From Candidatus Fermentibacteraceae bacterium (GTDB lineage: Bacteria > Fermentibacterota > Fermentibacteria > Fermentibacterales > JCC-6): a stretch of 44,444 bases of DNA. A program made the translations under genes and the position numbers. The stretch is from NCBI GenBank assembly GCA_041686025.1, contig JAWLEP010000001.1, positions 1-44,444 on the forward strand, written 5' to 3'. This document shows positions 36,091-44,444 of the stretch, piece by piece. The notes below the pieces were generated by a model. That model was not told the DNA's origin and did not search any database. It saw only the letters and a program-made list of their open reading frames with translations. Numbering within the stretch: position 1 is the stretch's first letter; every line of letters starts with the position of its first letter.

Positions 36091-37075
36091 CGGCCTCCCC
36101 CTCTTCCTCTGTTCCGGGCCCGCCGTACGGGCTTCCGTAGAGCTCTCTCAGGCAGTCCGGGCAAAGACTATGGCTGAACTCCGCCATGGAGTGCTGCCGC
36201 AGAAAGACCTCCAGCTGCTCCCAGTAACCGGAATCGTCACGTATCTTCTTGCAGTGTGAGCAGATGGGTACGATTCCCCTCAGGGTCCGTATCTTATCCA
36301 GAGCGGAGCTGAGATCTTCGATCAGCCTCTCCCGCTCCAGTTCCGCCCGCTTCCGCTCTGTTATCTCCAGGTGGGTCCCCAGGGCCCTGACCGGATTACC
36401 CTCTTCGTCCCTCTCGACTATTCGGCCCCAATTCAGTATCCACCGCCAGCTGCCGTCCCTGGCCCTCAGCCTGTGCTCCACCTCGAACGAGTCCGTCTCC
36501 CCCCTCTCGTGCCGGGCCGCCTCCTCCCTGACCGCGTCCAGGTCGTCGGGGTGCACCAGACCGAGCCAGACGTCCTTCTGGGGGGGCAGCTCCTCCGGCC
36601 CGTAGCCGAGCATGGTCGCCCAGCTTTCGCTCCTTTCGACCCTTCCGGTGGTGAAGTCCTCCTCCCACCACGCCAGCCGGCTGCTCTCCAGCACCGCCTG
36701 CAGCCGCTCCCGGTACCTCGAGAGCTGCGCGTAGAGAACCCGGTCGGGCGGGTCGCATTCCATGACGGCCACCGCTCCGGAGACCACCCCCGAAGGGTCG
36801 AGGAGCGGTCGGCAGATGAGGGTCCTGCGCTGGCCGTCCTCGAGTGCGATGGACCTGCTGCAGGGACGGCCGGTGCGGAGCGCCTCGCGGACGGGGCATC
36901 CCGGGCAGACGGGAGGGCGGGCGCAGTCGATGAGGGAGCACTCGCTGCATCCGAGGCCGCAGGGCACAGCTGTCGCCGGGGGCAGGCGGGTGTAGGAAAC
37001 GGGTTCGCCGTAGCGGTCGAAGACCACGGCGTCCGGGGCGAGGCCCCCCTCCGCGACGGCGGTGGCCGGGTCCAT
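36083..37075 (-). CDS. PAS/PAC sensor protein with Cys/His-rich C-terminal domain
   Basis: PAS_3 (MLGY, VHPDD, EHRLR.RDGSWRWI..G), C-terminal PICSHCKKIRDDSGYW...HS..FSHSLCPDC; ATG 37075 after GGAAGGGG. Confidence 0.8.
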   Translation of the reverse strand: MDPATAVAEGGLAPDAVVFDRYGEPVSYTRLPPATAVPCGLGCSECSLIDCARPPVCPGCPVREALRTGRPCSRSIALEDGQRRTLICRPLLDPSGVVSGAVAVMECDPPDRVLYAQLSRYRERLQAVLESSRLAWWEEDFTTGRVERSESWATMLGYGPEELPPQKDVWLGLVHPDDLDAVREEAARHERGETDSFEVEHRLRARDGSWRWILNWGRIVERDEEGNPVRALGTHLEITERKRAELERERLIEDLSSALDKIRTLRGIVPICSHCKKIRDDSGYWEQLEVFLRQHSMAEFSHSLCPDCLRELYGSPYGGPGTEEEGEADG

Positions 37076-37237
37076 CGGAGTGTCCCCTTCCCGGGAGGTC
37101 AGATGGCGGCTGACACCAATGGCTGCAGAAGATAAACGACATGTGTCCGGCGTTGTCAAGGCCCGGCGGTCTTTGGGGCGGCGGCCGGCGCTTGTATCTT
37201 TCCGACCGATAAAGGCGCATGGAAGGAGACAGCCGAT

Positions 37238-38251
37238 ATGCCGCACCATGAGCCCATGACCCGAGAGAGGCTGGACGCCCTGCTCCACTGCCGGGACACG
37301 CCCCGAACGTCCCTGGAGGAGTCCGGACTGGCTGTGATCAGCGACCTCCATATGGGGGCCGGGGGACCCGCCGACAACTTCCGCGGCAACGAGGCCGCCC
37401 TGATGCAGGCCCTGGCCGCCTACAGGGAGGGGGGTCGACGGCTGGTGCTCCTGGGGGATACGGAGGAGCTCTGGCAGTACGACATGCCCGAGATCCGCCC
37501 CCACCGCCGCCCCATCTACTCGCGGCTGCGGGACTTCGGGCCGGCAGGGGTGCTGAGGGTATGGGGCAACCACGACGACATGTGGGCCCGCCCCGATACG
37601 GAAGACCCCTCCGGAGCCGGGCCCGCATCGGAGGCCATCCTGGTGGAGACGGCCGGCAGGCCGATGCTCATGGTCCACGGCCATCAGGGCAGCCTGGAAT
37701 CCGACCTCCTGGGGGGCGCAAGCCGCTTACTGGTCAGGCTGTTCCGGTGCTTCGAGGGCCCCTGGATGCTCCTGATGAAGGCCCTGCGGCTCTATCGCAA
37801 GCCCTCCACCATGACCAGGATCCGCAGGGACTTCGAGCGGGTGATGTACCGCTGGGCCCTGGACAGGGACACGGTCCTGGTGTGCGGGCACTCCCACCGT
37901 GCCGTATTCGCGTCCCGGTCGCATGCGGAGAGGCTCCGGGCCCACATCCGGTACCTGCGGGACCTGCTGGCCATGGTCCCGCCGCAGGCGCCGGAGGCGG
38001 CGGAGATGAGGCTGGAGCTGCGGGGCGCCGTCCGGGAGCTTCGTCACGAGAGGAGGAGGGGGCGCGACTTCGCTTCCGTGGCGGAGGGGGATGCCGCCCC
38101 GGTCTACTTCAACAGCGGATGCGGCCTGTACAGGGAGGGCATGACGGCCCTGGAGCTGGACCCCTCCGGGGCCCGGCTTGTGAAGTGGGGAAACCGAAGG
38201 GGGGACAGGGAGGTCTACCACCGGATGCCCATGCAGCATATACTGTGGTAA
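37238..38251 (+). CDS. Calcineurin-like metallophosphoesterase
   Basis: ISDLH, LLGD, GNHD, HGH, GHSH, YFNSG motifs in order. Confidence 0.88.
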   Translation: MPHHEPMTRERLDALLHCRDTPRTSLEESGLAVISDLHMGAGGPADNFRGNEAALMQALAAYREGGRRLVLLGDTEELWQYDMPEIRPHRRPIYSRLRDFGPAGVLRVWGNHDDMWARPDTEDPSGAGPASEAILVETAGRPMLMVHGHQGSLESDLLGGASRLLVRLFRCFEGPWMLLMKALRLYRKPSTMTRIRRDFERVMYRWALDRDTVLVCGHSHRAVFASRSHAERLRAHIRYLRDLLAMVPPQAPEAAEMRLELRGAVRELRHERRRGRDFASVAEGDAAPVYFNSGCGLYREGMTALELDPSGARLVKWGNRRGDREVYHRMPMQHILW

Positions 38252-38288
38252 GCGGTCGTTTTCGAAGAGACGAGGAGAGCCTGGCCCG

Positions 38289-38717
38289 ATGAGCGAAGAG
38301 AGCGCCTGTCCCCGCTGCGGATACCCGGACAGAGAGCTGCTGAGCCCCGGAGGCGCCTCCGCCCTCAGGCGGGTGGAGATGGGCAACTGGATGACCCTCA
38401 AGCTCTGCCCGGAGTGCGGTCAGCTGTGGTGCGAGGTCCCCCACGGGCCGGGAGCCTCCTTCCGCGTTGCGGCGGCCTGGCCCTGCACCCGGGCGGACTT
38501 CCACCGGCTCAACGGCCTGGAGAACGCCCGGATACTCCACGAGTGGCACGTGGCGATGCTCCGGCGGAACCTGCCCCTGCTGCCCGACTCGGAGAGGGCG
38601 GGTGTGAAGGAGCTCCTGGAAGGACGCGAGTGGGAGCACGGCGTTGTGGACTACGGGCCGTGGCGCTTCAGCCCGAAGTTCGTCCGGCGGCCCGAAGACC
38701 TGGAGAGGTACGTCTGA
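38289..38717 (+). CDS. Hypothetical protein with two CxxC motifs
   Basis: GAGGAG SD; CPRCG and CPECGQLW; GC3-rich codon use. Confidence 0.65.
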   Translation: MSEESACPRCGYPDRELLSPGGASALRRVEMGNWMTLKLCPECGQLWCEVPHGPGASFRVAAAWPCTRADFHRLNGLENARILHEWHVAMLRRNLPLLPDSERAGVKELLEGREWEHGVVDYGPWRFSPKFVRRPEDLERYV

Positions 38718-38751
38718 CCACCAAGGACAGAGGATGAGGGGAGCCGCCGCC

Positions 38752-38868
38752 ATGGCGAGCAAGGGCTTCAACACGCAGGTGGAGGGTTTCTGGGCGGCTG
38801 GATGGCCGTTCACCATAGGCTTCGCCAAGCTGTCGTTCTCGCAGGTGCTGCTGGGACTGGAAATCTGA
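38752..38868 (+). pseudogene. Small membrane protein gene, probably truncated by a TGA at a conserved Trp position
   Basis: GAGGGGAG SD; MASKGFNTQVEGFWAAGWPFTIGFAKLSFSQVLLGLEI* then CCC (Pro); resembles small proteins with GWLFTIG...WPY motif (from memory). Confidence 0.45.
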
Positions 38869-38953
38869 CCCTGTCCATGACACTCGCATGGTGGACAGCA
38901 TACCCGACCTGAGCTGAGCCCTGTCGGGACCATTCGGGCAGCGGGAGGGGCGG

Positions 38954-40534
38954 TTGAGCCTGGAGAGGCATCTGGACAGCGGCCTGGCTGCTGCTGCGGC
39001 CTGTGCGGCGGCCGCGGTGCTCATAGCCGCCACCATGGCCACCTGGGGCCTGCAGCTGCTTGACGACGGCTACTACTACCTGCAGGTGGCGGCGAACCTC
39101 TCCCGGGGAGCCGGTTCCAGCTTCGACGGGATCCATCCCACCAATGGCTACCATCCCCTCTGGCAGCTCCTGCTGGTGCCCCTGCACCGGATCGCCTCCA
39201 AGCCCGCGGCGGCGTGGCTGGCGGCGGGGCTGCAGACACTGCTCTTCGCGGCCTCCGGCCTGGTGCTCTGCCGCCTGGTCCGCAGGGCGGGAGGCGGCAC
39301 GGGGACCGCTACCGCCGCCTGCGCCTTCTGGGTCCTGAACCTCTGGCTGTGGGGCAAGGGGGCCATGTCGGGAATGGAGACCGGCCTGCTGCTGGTCCTC
39401 TTCGGCCTCTGCCTCAACCTGCTGCTGCGGACCCTGCGAAGCGGCCGGGGCGGGTGGAGCCTGGGCCTCCTGCTGGCTCTCACCGCAGCGGCCCGGCTGG
39501 ACGCCGTGGCCCTGGCCGCGGCGGCCGCGGCCGTGCTCCTGGCCCGGCGGATGCGGGGGCAGGCCCTGCGGGCCGCCGTTCCCACAGTCGCCTACCTGGC
39601 CGTCTACCTTCCACTGAACGCCCTTCTCTTCGGCGGGGCCACCCCCGTCTCCGGGTACGTCAAGTCGCAGCACGGCAGGGAGCTGGTCTCGCGACTGCTC
39701 CGGCACGGGGACACCGCGGCTTTCTCCCACGCGGCTTCGAACCTTCGGGAGCTGGCCACCCTGGGCGGCAGGCTCCCCCTCTGGGCCGCCCTGGCCTGCC
39801 TGGCGGGCCTGGCCATTGCTGCCACGATGGCCTGGAAAAGGGGCAGGGAAGGGCTGCGGGGCCTGATGGCGGCCACCGGCATCTACGGCGCCGTCCTCCT
39901 GGGATTCTACGCGCTGCTGTACCCCTCCCTGCTGGGAGCCTACACCTACTACTGGCTGCCGCTGCTGTACGCGGCCGTGGGCGTGGCTTTCGCATCCCTG
40001 GCCGGCTTCGGCAGAAGGCCTCGGGGCTGGGCATTGGCGTCCGCCCTGGTGCTGCTTCTGGCCTTCGACCTGATCTACGCCGCCGACAGGCTGGGGAGCT
40101 GGTCTTTCACCGTCCCGGAGCGGGAGAGGCCGGAGGCCGCCGGAGTACGCTTCCTGAACTCCCTGCGGGGCGATGTGCTGGTGGGAAGCTGGGATGCGGG
40201 CTACCTGGGCTGGAGCTGCCGGCACCCGGTGGTGAACCTGGACGGCCTGGTGTCCAGCTACCGCTACCAGGACTTCCTGGAGGAGCACGGGGTGGAGGAG
40301 TGGATACTGCGGGAGGGGATCACCCACCTGGCCAACGTGGACTACTACAGCGGAAAGAGGGAGCTTGCCGAGGAGCGTCTGGGATGGTCCCGGGTCTTCG
40401 CCGACACGGCCGCCATGCCCAGGGCCGTCTCCCTGTTCTCGCTCTCACCCGCCGAGCTGGAGTACGCGTCGCGGCAGACCAGGATATTCTACGTGTACGC
40501 AAGGCCCGCCGGCACTGTCCGCAGGAGCCGTTGA
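38954..40534 (+). CDS. Polytopic membrane protein, GT-C glycosyltransferase-like
   Basis: DDGYYYLQVA.NL..G.G.SFDG..PTNGYHPLW, SGMETGL, ARLD, WDAG, VVNLDGLV. Confidence 0.7.
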   Translation: MSLERHLDSGLAAAAACAAAAVLIAATMATWGLQLLDDGYYYLQVAANLSRGAGSSFDGIHPTNGYHPLWQLLLVPLHRIASKPAAAWLAAGLQTLLFAASGLVLCRLVRRAGGGTGTATAACAFWVLNLWLWGKGAMSGMETGLLLVLFGLCLNLLLRTLRSGRGGWSLGLLLALTAAARLDAVALAAAAAAVLLARRMRGQALRAAVPTVAYLAVYLPLNALLFGGATPVSGYVKSQHGRELVSRLLRHGDTAAFSHAASNLRELATLGGRLPLWAALACLAGLAIAATMAWKRGREGLRGLMAATGIYGAVLLGFYALLYPSLLGAYTYYWLPLLYAAVGVAFASLAGFGRRPRGWALASALVLLLAFDLIYAADRLGSWSFTVPERERPEAAGVRFLNSLRGDVLVGSWDAGYLGWSCRHPVVNLDGLVSSYRYQDFLEEHGVEEWILREGITHLANVDYYSGKRELAEERLGWSRVFADTAAMPRAVSLFSLSPAELEYASRQTRIFYVYARPAGTVRRSR

Positions 40535-40633
40535 GACTTATGATCTAGGCCCGATGGAAAGAGGCTTCCTGCAGGAGGAATCTGAGGATCTCCCGCGCCC
40601 GTCTCGGGACGCGGCGGCAAATGGAAAGCGGAG

Positions 40634-43399
40634 ATGAGCGGCACAGAATACTACAGAATGACGGCCGGCGAGACGCTGGAGCATTTCGGCTCCGGCCCGG
40701 AGGGCCTCCCCCGCGAGAAGGCCCGCAGCCACCGCGAGGAGTACGGCAGAAACGAGATAACCGCCGCGCTGGGCGTCCCCAAGTGGGTGCTGTTCCTCAA
40801 GCAGTTCCGGGACCTGCTGGTAGTAGTCCTGATAGTGGCCGGCGTCATATCGCTGTCCATAGGCAGCTACCGCGACGGCGGCGTGATGTTCGCCATAGTG
40901 GTGATAAACGCCGTAATCGGATTCGTCCAGGAGTACAAGGCCGGCCGGATCATAGAGAAGCTGCGCGATATGATCAGGTCCCCGGCCAAGGTGATGGTGG
41001 ACGGAGCGCTGCAGGAGCTGCCCCAGGCCGACCTGGTCCCCGGCGACGTGGTCCAGATAGAGGCCGGAGACAAGATCCCGGCCGACCTGCGGATACTGGA
41101 GTGCTACGACCTGCGCACCAACGAGTTCTCCCTCACCGGCGAGTCCATGAGCCAGGAGAAGGAGAGCAACGCCATCGACGATGAGAGGATCCTCGCCGAC
41201 CGCGACAACATGGCCTGGATGGGCACCACGGTGGCCACCGGAAGCGCCACCGGAGTGGTGGTGGCCACCGGCATGGACACCGAGATGGGCAAGATCGCGG
41301 GGATGACCGAGTCCGCCGGCGAGGTGCGGTCCCCGCTGCAGAGGGAGCTGGGGGTTCTCGCGAGGTGGCTGACCGGCATCGGGATCACCGTCTGCGTCGG
41401 CGTCTTCGCCCTGTCGCTGCTGCTGGATTTCGGCCTGGTGGTGAGCCTGATCTACGCTCTGGGCATCGCCGTGGCGGTGGTGCCGCAGGCCCTGCCGGCC
41501 CAGGTGACGGTGGCCCTCTCCACGGCCAGCCGCCGGCTGGCGGCCAGGAAGGCGGTGGTGAAGAACCTGCCTTCTGTGGAGACCCTGGGCTCCACCACCG
41601 TGATCTGCACCGACAAGACCGGCACCCTGACCAAGAACGAGATGACGGTGACCACCGTGTGGTTCGACGGCCGGGAGTACCGCGTGACGGGGATCGGCTA
41701 CGAGCCCGAGGGGGAGATACTGGGCCCCGACGGCAAGCCGCTGGACCAGGCTGGCATCGACGAGATCGAGATCATGATGGACGCCGCCACCATGGCCTCC
41801 AACGCCGAGATCCATCCCCCCGACGGCGAGCACTCCGGCTGGTACCCCATAGGCGATCCCACCGAGGCGGCCCTGGTGGCCTGCTCCACCAAGCTGGGCA
41901 CCCGCAGCCCCACCGAGGACCAGGACAATCCGGAGCTGCACGAGTTTCCCTTCGAATCCGAGCGCAAGAGGATGAGCTCGGTGCGTCAGTTCGGGGAGCG
42001 CAGACAGCTGGCCCTGAAGGGGGCCACCGACAGCGTGCTCTCCATCTCCAGGCACATATGGCGCGACGGGAAGGCCGTTCCCATAACCGACGAGGACCGC
42101 CGGAGGATCGGAGAGCTGGCGGAGGGCTATGCCGACCGGGCCCTGCGGGTGCTGGCCATAGCCTACCGTCCCCTCTCGGACAGCGGGGACGACTACGTCA
42201 TCGAAGAGGTGGAGCGCGACGTGGTCTTCCTGGGACTGATGTGCATGATAGATCCCCCGAAAGATGGAGTGGCGGAGGCGATAGAGGCCTGCCACGACGC
42301 CCGGATCCGGGTGCTCATCATGACCGGAGACCACGCTATAACCGCGCGGGCCGTGGGCAGGGAGATAGGTCTCTCCCGGGACGGCGACCCCGAGGTGCAC
42401 ACCGGCCTGGAGCTGGAGGAGATGGACGACGGGGAGCTGGGGGGGATACTCTCCTCGGGCAGGTCCCTGATCTTCTCCCGGGTCAACCCCGGGCACAAGC
42501 TGCGGATCGTGAAGCTGCTCCAGGACCAGGGCGAGGTGGTGGCGGTGACCGGGGACGGGGTGAACGACGCTCCGGCGCTGAAGCGGGCGGCCATCGGCGT
42601 GGCCATGGGTCAGACCGGGACCGACGTGGCCAAGGAGGCCGCGCGGCTGGTGCTGCTGGACGACAGCTTCCCCACCCTGGTGGACGCGGTGCGGGAGGGA
42701 AGGACCATATACGGAAACCTCCGCAAGACGGTTCTGGCCTCCATGACCACCAATGCGGCGGAGCTGGCCGTGGTCCTCTTCGGACTGGCCGGGGTGGCGA
42801 TGCGGAACTGGGCCATTCCCATACTGGCCCTCCAGGTTCTGGCCATCGACCTCCTGGCCGAGATCATGCCCCTCACCTTCCTTACCTACGACCCGCCGAC
42901 CCCGGGGATAATGTCCGAGCCGCCGCGGAAGCAGGGCCAGCACATAATGAACCGCGGTACCGCACGGGAGGTTCTCCTCTTCGGGCTGCTCATCGGGGCG
43001 CTGTCCTTCGGCAACTACTGGCTGTACATGCTCCGGGAGGGAATCTCCTTCGTATCCAGCGTGTCCCTGGAGAATCCGGTCTATCTCCGGGCCACCACCA
43101 TGGCCTACCTCACCATAGCCTTCTGCCAGTTCATGAACGTCCTCTCCAGGCGCCACCGCCTGACCAGCCTGTTCAACCGCAACTTCTTCACCAACAGGAT
43201 TCTTCTGGCGTCCATCGCCGGTTCCATAGCCCTGCTGCTGCTGGTGCTGGGCATTCCGCAGGTGGGCCGGCTCCTCTACCTGGTCATGCCCGGTCCCGTG
43301 GACTGGCTGTTCGTGCTGGGCGCCGCCGGGGTCTTCCTGGCCGTCTTCGAGTCCGTGAAGGCCTTCAAGCGGGCCCGGGCCGGCGGAGGGGAGGGCTGA
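40634..43399 (+). CDS. P2-type cation-transporting ATPase
   Basis: LTGES, ICTDKTGTLT phosphorylation site, GDPTE, KGA, DPP, MTGD, TGDGVNDAPAL. Confidence 0.95.
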   Translation: MSGTEYYRMTAGETLEHFGSGPEGLPREKARSHREEYGRNEITAALGVPKWVLFLKQFRDLLVVVLIVAGVISLSIGSYRDGGVMFAIVVINAVIGFVQEYKAGRIIEKLRDMIRSPAKVMVDGALQELPQADLVPGDVVQIEAGDKIPADLRILECYDLRTNEFSLTGESMSQEKESNAIDDERILADRDNMAWMGTTVATGSATGVVVATGMDTEMGKIAGMTESAGEVRSPLQRELGVLARWLTGIGITVCVGVFALSLLLDFGLVVSLIYALGIAVAVVPQALPAQVTVALSTASRRLAARKAVVKNLPSVETLGSTTVICTDKTGTLTKNEMTVTTVWFDGREYRVTGIGYEPEGEILGPDGKPLDQAGIDEIEIMMDAATMASNAEIHPPDGEHSGWYPIGDPTEAALVACSTKLGTRSPTEDQDNPELHEFPFESERKRMSSVRQFGERRQLALKGATDSVLSISRHIWRDGKAVPITDEDRRRIGELAEGYADRALRVLAIAYRPLSDSGDDYVIEEVERDVVFLGLMCMIDPPKDGVAEAIEACHDARIRVLIMTGDHAITARAVGREIGLSRDGDPEVHTGLELEEMDDGELGGILSSGRSLIFSRVNPGHKLRIVKLLQDQGEVVAVTGDGVNDAPALKRAAIGVAMGQTGTDVAKEAARLVLLDDSFPTLVDAVREGRTIYGNLRKTVLASMTTNAAELAVVLFGLAGVAMRNWAIPILALQVLAIDLLAEIMPLTFLTYDPPTPGIMSEPPRKQGQHIMNRGTAREVLLFGLLIGALSFGNYWLYMLREGISFVSSVSLENPVYLRATTMAYLTIAFCQFMNVLSRRHRLTSLFNRNFFTNRILLASIAGSIALLLLVLGIPQVGRLLYLVMPGPVDWLFVLGAAGVFLAVFESVKAFKRARAGGGEG

Positions 43400-43401
43400 C
43401 C

Positions 43402-44250
43402 GTGCCCGGCATCGGCCTGGCCCTGGGAGGCGGCGGCGTCCGCGGTCTGGCCCACATCCGGGTCCTGGCGGAGTTCGACAGGGCCGGGATCCGCCCCTGC
43501 GCCCTGGCGGGGACCAGCATGGGCGCCATCATGGGGGCCATGTACGCTTCGGGGATGCCGGCTGCGGAGATGGAGGAGCACGTTCGCGAGCATGTGATCA
43601 TGGACGACGACAAGCTGTCCGACATCCTGCACAAGAGGCGGCACCTGCTGAAATGGGCCGGGGCCTTCATCCCCGAGATCCGGGGAAGGGGGCTGGTCCA
43701 TGCCGACAGGCTGCTGGAGATGATAATGGGCGAGGTCCTCGAGGGGTCCTTCGAGGATCTGGAAATACCTCTCACCGTGGTGGCCGCCGACTACTGGACC
43801 GGTGAGCAGGTGCTTTTCGACGAAGGCCCCCTGGAGCCGGCGGTGAAGGCCAGCATGTCCGTGCCCGGAGTGTTCCCGCCGGTGGAGCTGGAGGGCCGGG
43901 TGCTGGTGGACGGCGGGATCGTCAACCAGGTGCCCTACGACCTTCTGGCCGACAGCTGCCAGAGGGTGGCGGCGGTGGACGTGGGGCCGGCGCCCAGGCC
44001 GGGGAAGTCCGACCTTCCGGGGGCCCTGGACGCCATCGCCGGGGCCTTCGACATCGTACAGAACCGTATGCTGGAGCTGAAGCTGGAGCGGTCCGGGCCG
44101 GACATACTGGTCAGGCCCAGGTTCGAAGACATCGGCCTGATGGACTTCTCGAAGGTGGACGACGTCTTCGAGCAGTCGGCGGGCGAGGTGGCCCGCCTTC
44201 GGGAGTATCTGCAGGAGCTGCCGGACCGGAAGGGCGGCCCGCAGCAATGA
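43402..44250 (+). CDS. Patatin-like phospholipase
   Basis: LALGGGGVRGLAH, GTSMG nucleophile, ASMSVPG, DGG. Confidence 0.92.
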   Translation: MPGIGLALGGGGVRGLAHIRVLAEFDRAGIRPCALAGTSMGAIMGAMYASGMPAAEMEEHVREHVIMDDDKLSDILHKRRHLLKWAGAFIPEIRGRGLVHADRLLEMIMGEVLEGSFEDLEIPLTVVAADYWTGEQVLFDEGPLEPAVKASMSVPGVFPPVELEGRVLVDGGIVNQVPYDLLADSCQRVAAVDVGPAPRPGKSDLPGALDAIAGAFDIVQNRMLELKLERSGPDILVRPRFEDIGLMDFSKVDDVFEQSAGEVARLREYLQELPDRKGGPQQ

Positions 44251-44363
44251 GCACGGTATGCTGTACTATTGCCTTTCCACCTTTTCAATACATACTGTAG
44301 AAGTAGCCGATGCTGCGGGGCCGTGGGTTGTGATGGCATGCGACTGAGGAGGAGGGCCAATCT

Positions 44364-44438
44364 GTGAGCTGCACTGAGTCCGAATCCCTGTCGGAGAAGG
44401 TCCCCACCGGCATCGGAGGGCTGGACGGTCTTGGATAG
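44364..44438 (+). pseudogene. Possible KaiC/RecA-like ATPase N-terminal fragment with early stop
   Basis: GGAGGAGG SD, GTG start, EKVPTGIGGLDG then TAG; window ends 6 nt later. Confidence 0.4.
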
Positions 44439-44444
44439 CGGGCG

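Noticed and set aside
40538..43156. 872-aa minus-strand ORF opposite the P-type ATPase, and many similar long antisense or alternate-frame ORFs across the window
   Set aside because: Shadow ORFs expected from high GC3 codon bias; no motifs, and the opposite strand carries a clear conserved gene
41365..44250. Apparent 961-aa protein ending in patatin (similarly 7029-9056, 9977-12205, 33049-34200, 2712-3764)
   Set aside because: N-terminal extensions are off-frame read-through of the upstream gene; real starts sit at the gene junctions
1..44444. CRISPR arrays, tRNA/rRNA, IS elements, prophage or defence genes
   Set aside because: No regularly spaced direct repeats, RNA gene signatures, or transposase, integrase or nuclease motifs recognised by eye

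Overview
High-GC bacterial chromosomal window, densely coding, with no rRNA, tRNA, CRISPR array or transposase seen. An S8 protease with a T9SS/FlgD-like C-terminal domain, outer-membrane barrel-like proteins and an anaerobic hydrogenase suggest a diderm anaerobe of the FCB supergroup; Fermentibacterota is a plausible but unproven guess. Left to right: truncated NlpC/P60 peptidase, GNAT, a histidine kinase/REC-TPR/TrkA/TrkA/TrkH operon, a TetR-led HlyD/ABC-2 efflux operon, a GT-C-like protein, CorA, S8 protease, dihydrolipoyl dehydrogenase operon, DUF2259 and GGCT. Next is a 17-gene, ~12.3 kb operon (21887-34200) joining a HydB/HydG (AsrA/AsrB)-like NAD(P)H flavoprotein module and a polyferredoxin to a Ni-ligand-complete group 4 [NiFe]-hydrogenase and a full Mrp/Mbh antiporter set, preceded by a structured, riboswitch-like leader. 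The right end holds signalling genes, a metallophosphoesterase, a second GT-C-like protein, a P2-type ATPase with atypical ion-binding residues, a patatin and small gene remnants. The best novelty candidate is the putative NAD(P)H-linked, ion-translocating hydrogenase with its switch-like 5' leader.
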